From positions 32,001 to 96,000 of the IMG/VR virus record IMGVR_UViG_3300023184_000037: 64,000 bases of DNA; one strand, 5' to 3'. Numbering within the stretch: the first letter of the stretch is position 1; each line of letters opens with the position of its first letter. Positions 59,508 through 64,000 of this stretch are shown one piece after another. Below the pieces are notes generated by a model. It searched no databases, had not been told where the DNA came from, and worked only from the letters and a program-made list of their open reading frames with translations. The DNA is from a virus. The position numbers and the translations under genes were made by a program.

Positions 59508-60695
59508 ATGAACAAAATTAAAGTAGGAATTATCGGAACAGGAAATTGCGCTAAATCATTAGTTGAAGGTGTACAATATTACACTGAAAATCCAAATGAT
59601 ATTACCGGAATGATGAAGTCCGATATTGGAGGTTACAAAGCAGAAAACATCGAGTTTGTATGTGGATTCGAAATTGATGAACGTAAAGTTAATCAAACAT
59701 TAGGATACGCTCTTAAACAAAGACCAAACTCTGCATGGGATATTGTTGACGTAATTCATTCTGAGGCTCCAGTTTATGAGGCTCCAGTTATTGATGGTTA
59801 TGCAGCCCTTATGGATAACTATCCAGAACAAAATCGTTTCTTAGTTGACGAAAAACTAAGAAATTCTACGGACATGAATCGTACTGATTGGACTCCAAAA
59901 AAATCACGTGAATGGAAAGACTCAATCATTGCTAAATTAAAAGAGCATGGTGTTGAAGTACTTATTAACTACTTACCAGTAGGTTCACAAAAAACAACTG
60001 AATTCTGGGCTGAAATTTGCCTTGAAACAGGAATCTCTTTAGTAAACTGTATTCCAGTTTTTATCGCATCTGACCCAGCTTGGGAGCAAAGATTTATCGA
60101 TGCTGGAATTCCAATTATCGGAGATGATATGCGTTCTCAATTTGGAGCAAGTATCCTTTCTCAAATGTTACAAGAACTTGCCTTTGAAAGAGGACATCAT
60201 GTAAAAGCGCACATCCAAAGAAATGTTGGAGGTAACACAGATTTCTTAAACATGGAAGACAAATCTCGTCTAGCATCTAAAAAGATTTCTAAAGAAAACG
60301 TAATTCGTGCCCAAAACGAAATTAGAGGAATCTCAACTGAAGATTCATTCTTACACGCTGGTCCTTCTGAGTATATTGCATTTTATGGCGATAACAAAGT
60401 TGCTAACTTCCGTTTAGAACTTACAGGATTCGGTGGAGCACCAGTTCTTTTTGATGCTCAATTAAGTGTACAAGACTCTCCAAACTCAGCTGGAGTAGTA
60501 ATCGATGCAGTTCGTTATTTAAGAGTTGCAAGAGAATTAGGAGTTGTAGGAGCATTAAGAGGTCCTTCAGCGTTTACTCAAAAAACCCCACCAGATCAAA
60601 TGATGTTTGCTGATGCTGTTTATGAGTGTACTGAATTGGCTGCAAGACGCTTAACAGATTCTACAAGAAAACAGTTAGTTGCTAAAAAAGCCTAA
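59508..60695 (+). CDS. ino1: myo-inositol-1-phosphate synthase
   Basis: GTGNCAKSLVEG, LINYLPVGS, VNCIPVFIA, GDDMRSQFGA, NVGGNTDFLNM, SKKISK, DSPNSAGVVIDAVR. Confidence 0.93.
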   Translation: MNKIKVGIIGTGNCAKSLVEGVQYYTENPNDITGMMKSDIGGYKAENIEFVCGFEIDERKVNQTLGYALKQRPNSAWDIVDVIHSEAPVYEAPVIDGYAALMDNYPEQNRFLVDEKLRNSTDMNRTDWTPKKSREWKDSIIAKLKEHGVEVLINYLPVGSQKTTEFWAEICLETGISLVNCIPVFIASDPAWEQRFIDAGIPIIGDDMRSQFGASILSQMLQELAFERGHHVKAHIQRNVGGNTDFLNMEDKSRLASKKISKENVIRAQNEIRGISTEDSFLHAGPSEYIAFYGDNKVANFRLELTGFGGAPVLFDAQLSVQDSPNSAGVVIDAVRYLRVARELGVVGALRGPSAFTQKTPPDQMMFADAVYECTELAARRLTDSTRKQLVAKKA

Positions 60696-60710
60696 CAATC
60701 CAATTAACCC

Positions 60711-60740
60711 AAAGGGGAGAGAATAACTCTCCCTTTTTTT
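60711..60740 (+). terminator. Intrinsic terminator after ino1
   Basis: GGGAGAG-aataa-CTCTCCC followed by T7. Confidence 0.75.
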
Positions 60741-60755
60741 ATCAAAACTTTACGC

Positions 60756-61154
60756 ATGTTAAACATATTTAAAACCAAAAAACCAGTCGATATCTATGGA
60801 TACGATTTTGATGGAGTAATTTCAATTGGAATAACTCCAAGAGCAACCACAGATTTTGTTATTACCGGAAGATGTATTGACGAACAAGACGAAATCCGTG
60901 CAATCCTTAAAGAGAGAGGAATTAAATGCAAAGTGTATTTTAATCCAATGACTCTTGAAGAACGTGGAAACCATACAGTTGCAGCTAGAAGGCATTCTGG
61001 AAATCACAAAGCAAAAACCCTTAATCGTTTAAAAGATGAAGGTGTTATTGTTTCACGTTTTTTTGAAGATGACCCAATCCAATACCAAATTATCCAGGAA
61101 AACTGTCCTGATGTTGAATTGGTTAACATTGTATCAAAATTAGTACAGAAATAA
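60756..61154 (+). CDS. HAD-superfamily phosphatase (capless)
   Basis: Motif I YDFDGV, II ITGR, III K, IV FEDD. Confidence 0.8.
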   Translation: MLNIFKTKKPVDIYGYDFDGVISIGITPRATTDFVITGRCIDEQDEIRAILKERGIKCKVYFNPMTLEERGNHTVAARRHSGNHKAKTLNRLKDEGVIVSRFFEDDPIQYQIIQENCPDVELVNIVSKLVQK

Positions 61155-61155
61155 G

Positions 61156-61857
61156 ATGAGTAGGGTTAAACTTCCTGAGTTTCCAATTTCTAAGTTAGAA
61201 AAAACTCGTCTTAAAAAGAAATACGTAAAAATATTGGGTGCAACCGAAGGTGTTGACGATAGTATGATTGGCGAAAGTATTGCTAATTACTTAATTCCTG
61301 AAATTGATTATAGGGGAATGGTTTGCCTTGACCTTGGAGCCAACATTGGAGCTTTTACTCAAATTGCGCTGGATGCCGGAGCAAGTAAAGTTTGTACTGT
61401 TGAATGCGATGCCAGAAACTTTGCAAAACTCGAGTCAACTTATAAAAATGATGATTACGTTGATTTGGTTTATGCTGCCGTTTCCGGATTGCCTAATAAA
61501 ACCTTAAAAATATTTAAGTCTGCTAGTCAAAACGCACATTGCTCAACATCAATTGAGAGCAAAATGAAGTTCAGCGAATATGATGAGGTCGAAAACATAC
61601 ACCTAAAAAAGTTACTAAAGAAATACAACCCAGATATTATCAAGATTGATATTGAATCTGCCGAGTATACCCTAATCGATACTTTATTAGATTATGAACC
61701 TAAATATTTATTTATTGAATTACACGCAGGAAAACATAGGGCTGAAATGTATCAAGTACTGGAAAGATTAGAGTCGATTTATCCGCATTCAAGAGTGGTT
61801 CCATTGATTATATTTACCGACAATTTGATAGCGCACGACTGCTTCTTTAAAAAATAA
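61156..61857 (+). CDS. FkbM-family SAM-dependent methyltransferase
   Basis: CLDLGANIGAF, VECD..NF, KIDIESAEY, FIELH. Confidence 0.82.
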   Translation: MSRVKLPEFPISKLEKTRLKKKYVKILGATEGVDDSMIGESIANYLIPEIDYRGMVCLDLGANIGAFTQIALDAGASKVCTVECDARNFAKLESTYKNDDYVDLVYAAVSGLPNKTLKIFKSASQNAHCSTSIESKMKFSEYDEVENIHLKKLLKKYNPDIIKIDIESAEYTLIDTLLDYEPKYLFIELHAGKHRAEMYQVLERLESIYPHSRVVPLIIFTDNLIAHDCFFKK

Positions 61858-61865
61858 AATATAAA

Positions 61866-63053
61866 ATGACTTCAAATAAACAACTGCTTGAGATGGATTC
61901 TCAAGCACTGTTGGATTTAATACCAACAGAAAAAAGACAATTGATCCGAGATTTTGTTCATGAAATGAATCGAAGAGAATATGAGGTTCGTTTTGCAAAA
62001 ACATGTACCTTTGATACTTTTAGACACAGAGAGGGTACTGGAGAGAACATCTTTGGCCATGGATTTATAGTAGAGGGACGTTCAGTTCCATACTTCCACC
62101 CAAACCGTTCATTCCACGATGAGATTATTTGGTTAAATGAAAATGTGTTCTACAATCCAGAATGTACTTTTGAAGACCGATTAATTAATGCAGCAATTGT
62201 AAAGTTCTATGGTCCGTCGAATACAATTAGTCTATTAACACACGACACTGGATTTCCATTCGTTAAATATGACCGATTGGTTAACGACGAGAAGTACGTT
62301 CTGCAGTGTATGGTTAATATGGAGAATGCAAGAAGGCGTGGTGAAAAGATTTATGGTACTACAGAATTACGAACAAGTCTACAGACCGAATCGAGAAATC
62401 ATGCAAGGGTTCTTAAAACTCCTTATGATGTATTAATTGGTGCCGAACCGGATCCAACCAGACAGAGTCGAACAAGTGATATGTTTTTTTGGTTTACCCT
62501 ACTAGGTCCACGTTTTGCAGAATTCTATGCCAAAAAACCGACGATGGAAGAGTCGTTTAACTTTTTAACATCACATCGAGGAATTGGAAACTATTATGGT
62601 TACCATTTTAGTACCAACCTTGCCCGAATGCCAGAAATCGGAACGCCAGACCTATTGCGACCAGGCAGCCTATCTGGAAATCTTAACGAAGACGATGACT
62701 TTGTTGCACCTGGAGTTGGAGCGATGACCACAATCAACTGGTTCTATGAACACTTAGGTTTTTCAATCTCGTCAGAAGTAGGAGCCAAGGTTATCAGACA
62801 AATCAGGGACACTCAACATGAATTCTTTGATTTTACTGGAGAAAATCTTGACTATTTAGAAACAATCACTGAGACCGGAAGATTTACAACGTTTGGTACA
62901 GAAATTAGTTGTTGTCAGTTTGGTGTATTTTTACGATTGAGAGATAGTAAAAAGATGGCCCTAAACCGAGCAAATGCTCCAATTTCTAAAGAACAAATTG
63001 GTGAATCATGCGAAGTAGATGAACCAACATTTAAAAGTTCATGTTTATTTTAA
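61866..63053 (+). CDS. aGPT-Pplase / amino acid:DNA transferase-like base-hypermodification enzyme (HhH-glycosylase fold)
   Basis: F...MNRRE near N-terminus, HhH-like GIGNYYGYH..TNL, APGVGA, C-terminal E.SCCQF..FLR (cf. E..LCEF.KY.R). Confidence 0.62.
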   Translation: MTSNKQLLEMDSQALLDLIPTEKRQLIRDFVHEMNRREYEVRFAKTCTFDTFRHREGTGENIFGHGFIVEGRSVPYFHPNRSFHDEIIWLNENVFYNPECTFEDRLINAAIVKFYGPSNTISLLTHDTGFPFVKYDRLVNDEKYVLQCMVNMENARRRGEKIYGTTELRTSLQTESRNHARVLKTPYDVLIGAEPDPTRQSRTSDMFFWFTLLGPRFAEFYAKKPTMEESFNFLTSHRGIGNYYGYHFSTNLARMPEIGTPDLLRPGSLSGNLNEDDDFVAPGVGAMTTINWFYEHLGFSISSEVGAKVIRQIRDTQHEFFDFTGENLDYLETITETGRFTTFGTEISCCQFGVFLRLRDSKKMALNRANAPISKEQIGESCEVDEPTFKSSCLF

Positions 63054-63095
63054 ACAAGTTCAAAATTACCTATAAAACTATTATATAAAAAACTT

Positions 63096-63563
63096 ATGGC
63101 AAATATAGACAATCAATGTAAAGACCTGGAAGTTAAAGACTTCTATTCAGATTCGACCACCCACCTGGCGGATATTATGGAAAACCAAAAGAAAATGCAG
63201 GAGCAGACTTATGGCTTTAATTTTGAAAATATGTCAATTAGAGAAATTATGAACTTCTGGCATGTTAATACACATGCAGTAGTTGATGAAATTCACGAGA
63301 TGACAGATGCCCTTGGAGGTATTAAAGATGGTAGTGGAAATGCAGTTTGGAAATACTGGAAAAAAGACTTTTCAAAGTATGAAACTATGAAAATTAGCGA
63401 TCTATCTGAAGAGGACAAAAAAGAACTTTATATGGAATGGGTAGACATACTACACTTCTTTATAAATTATGCGTCTTCAATCGGATTAGATGCAAAAACA
63501 GCTTACAATTATTACTTCGCGAAAGCAGAAGAAAATGTCGCAAGACAACAACGAGGGTATTAA
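63096..63563 (+). CDS. All-alpha dNTP pyrophosphatase (dimeric dUTPase / T4 gp56 dCTPase-like)
   Basis: DEIHE, WKYWKK, EWVDILHF, K..EN..RQ..GY. Confidence 0.82.
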   Translation: MANIDNQCKDLEVKDFYSDSTTHLADIMENQKKMQEQTYGFNFENMSIREIMNFWHVNTHAVVDEIHEMTDALGGIKDGSGNAVWKYWKKDFSKYETMKISDLSEEDKKELYMEWVDILHFFINYASSIGLDAKTAYNYYFAKAEENVARQQRGY

Positions 63564-63606
63564 ATAAAAGATGTAAATGTTTTCATTTACCTTTGATATA
63601 TAATAT

Positions 63607-64000
63607 ATGAAAGCATTTATATATCAATGGACTAATAATCTAAACGGAAAGAAATACATCGGATCACACATTGGAGAGCCTGAAGACGGTTATGCCGGTT
63701 CAGGCTCTTATTTTAAGAAAGCATTTAATAAATATAAAGATTTTTTTACTAGAGAAATTTTAGAAACTATAGATGGAGAAAATGTCTATGATAGAATTAA
63801 AATACTCGAAGAATCATATTTACAAAAAGTAGATGCTGCTAATAATTCCAATTATTATAATATCACAAATTCATATTATGGCGGTAATGTATATCAAGGG
63901 TTATCAATAGATGATAAAAAGAAAATGATAGAAGGTCGGACCAATGCCGCAAAAAATGATAGATTAAAAAATCCTCAAAAATATGAAGACATTGCTAAAA
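63607..64000 (+). mobile_element. GIY-YIG homing endonuclease (Seg-like), truncated by window end
   Basis: Translated by hand: MKAFIYQWTNNLNGKKYIGSH...DGYAGSG...FTREILE; GATATATA at 63595 and hairpin 63573-63590 upstream. Confidence 0.8.

Noticed and set aside
1950-62004. Short minus-strand and nested plus-strand ORFs in the ORF track (e.g. 32992-33369, 52191-52697, 53285-53638)
   Set aside because: They lie within or largely overlap well-supported + strand genes, have no recognisable motifs, and look like antisense shadows.
63049-63075. Possible middle promoter before the dNTP pyrophosphatase
   Set aside because: TTTAAAC mismatch and a 15-nt spacer versus 17 at the clear sites; too weak.
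1-64000. Stop-codon reassignment as in some jumbo phages
   Set aside because: Standard code gives full-length, tightly packed ORFs; TAG (7084, 28101) and TGA (32705, 39519) serve as normal stops.

Overview
AT-rich (roughly one-third GC by eye), densely coding window with every credible gene on the + strand. It comes from a large T4-like (myovirus-type) jumbo phage. A Bacteroidota host is inferred from the S1 N-terminus (FDWDAY), the A-rich leaders that mostly lack Shine-Dalgarno sites, and the TATATTTA promoter core. Layout: (1) 1-36.5 kb virion module (hub/spike gp5, neck gp13, wedge gp25/gp6/gp7-like, large baseplate proteins, three paralogous collagen/collar fibres, spanin-like protein, gp3), with ribosomal protein S1 and an amidoligase embedded; (2) 36.5-41.7 kb recombination/replication module (RuvC-like, gp32 SSB, gp61 primase, UvsY, UvsW); (3) 41.7-55.3 kb island of putative capsid-packaged proteins with a T4-like capsid-targeting motif and [LIV]-x-E protease sites, including two modular polyproteins, interrupted by a mini ligase/PolX operon; (4) 55.6-57.4 kb TROVE/vWA (Ro60-like, DUF2828-type) gene followed by a separately promoted, structured non-coding region with two stem+TACAGCAA units; (5) 57.5-63.6 kb candidate inositol-based DNA hypermodification cluster (inositol-phosphate synthase, HAD phosphatase, two FkbM methyltransferases, aGPT-Pplase/amino acid:DNA transferase-like enzyme, dNTP pyrophosphatase), then a partial GIY-YIG endonuclease. 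All family calls come from motif recognition by eye; no database search was run.
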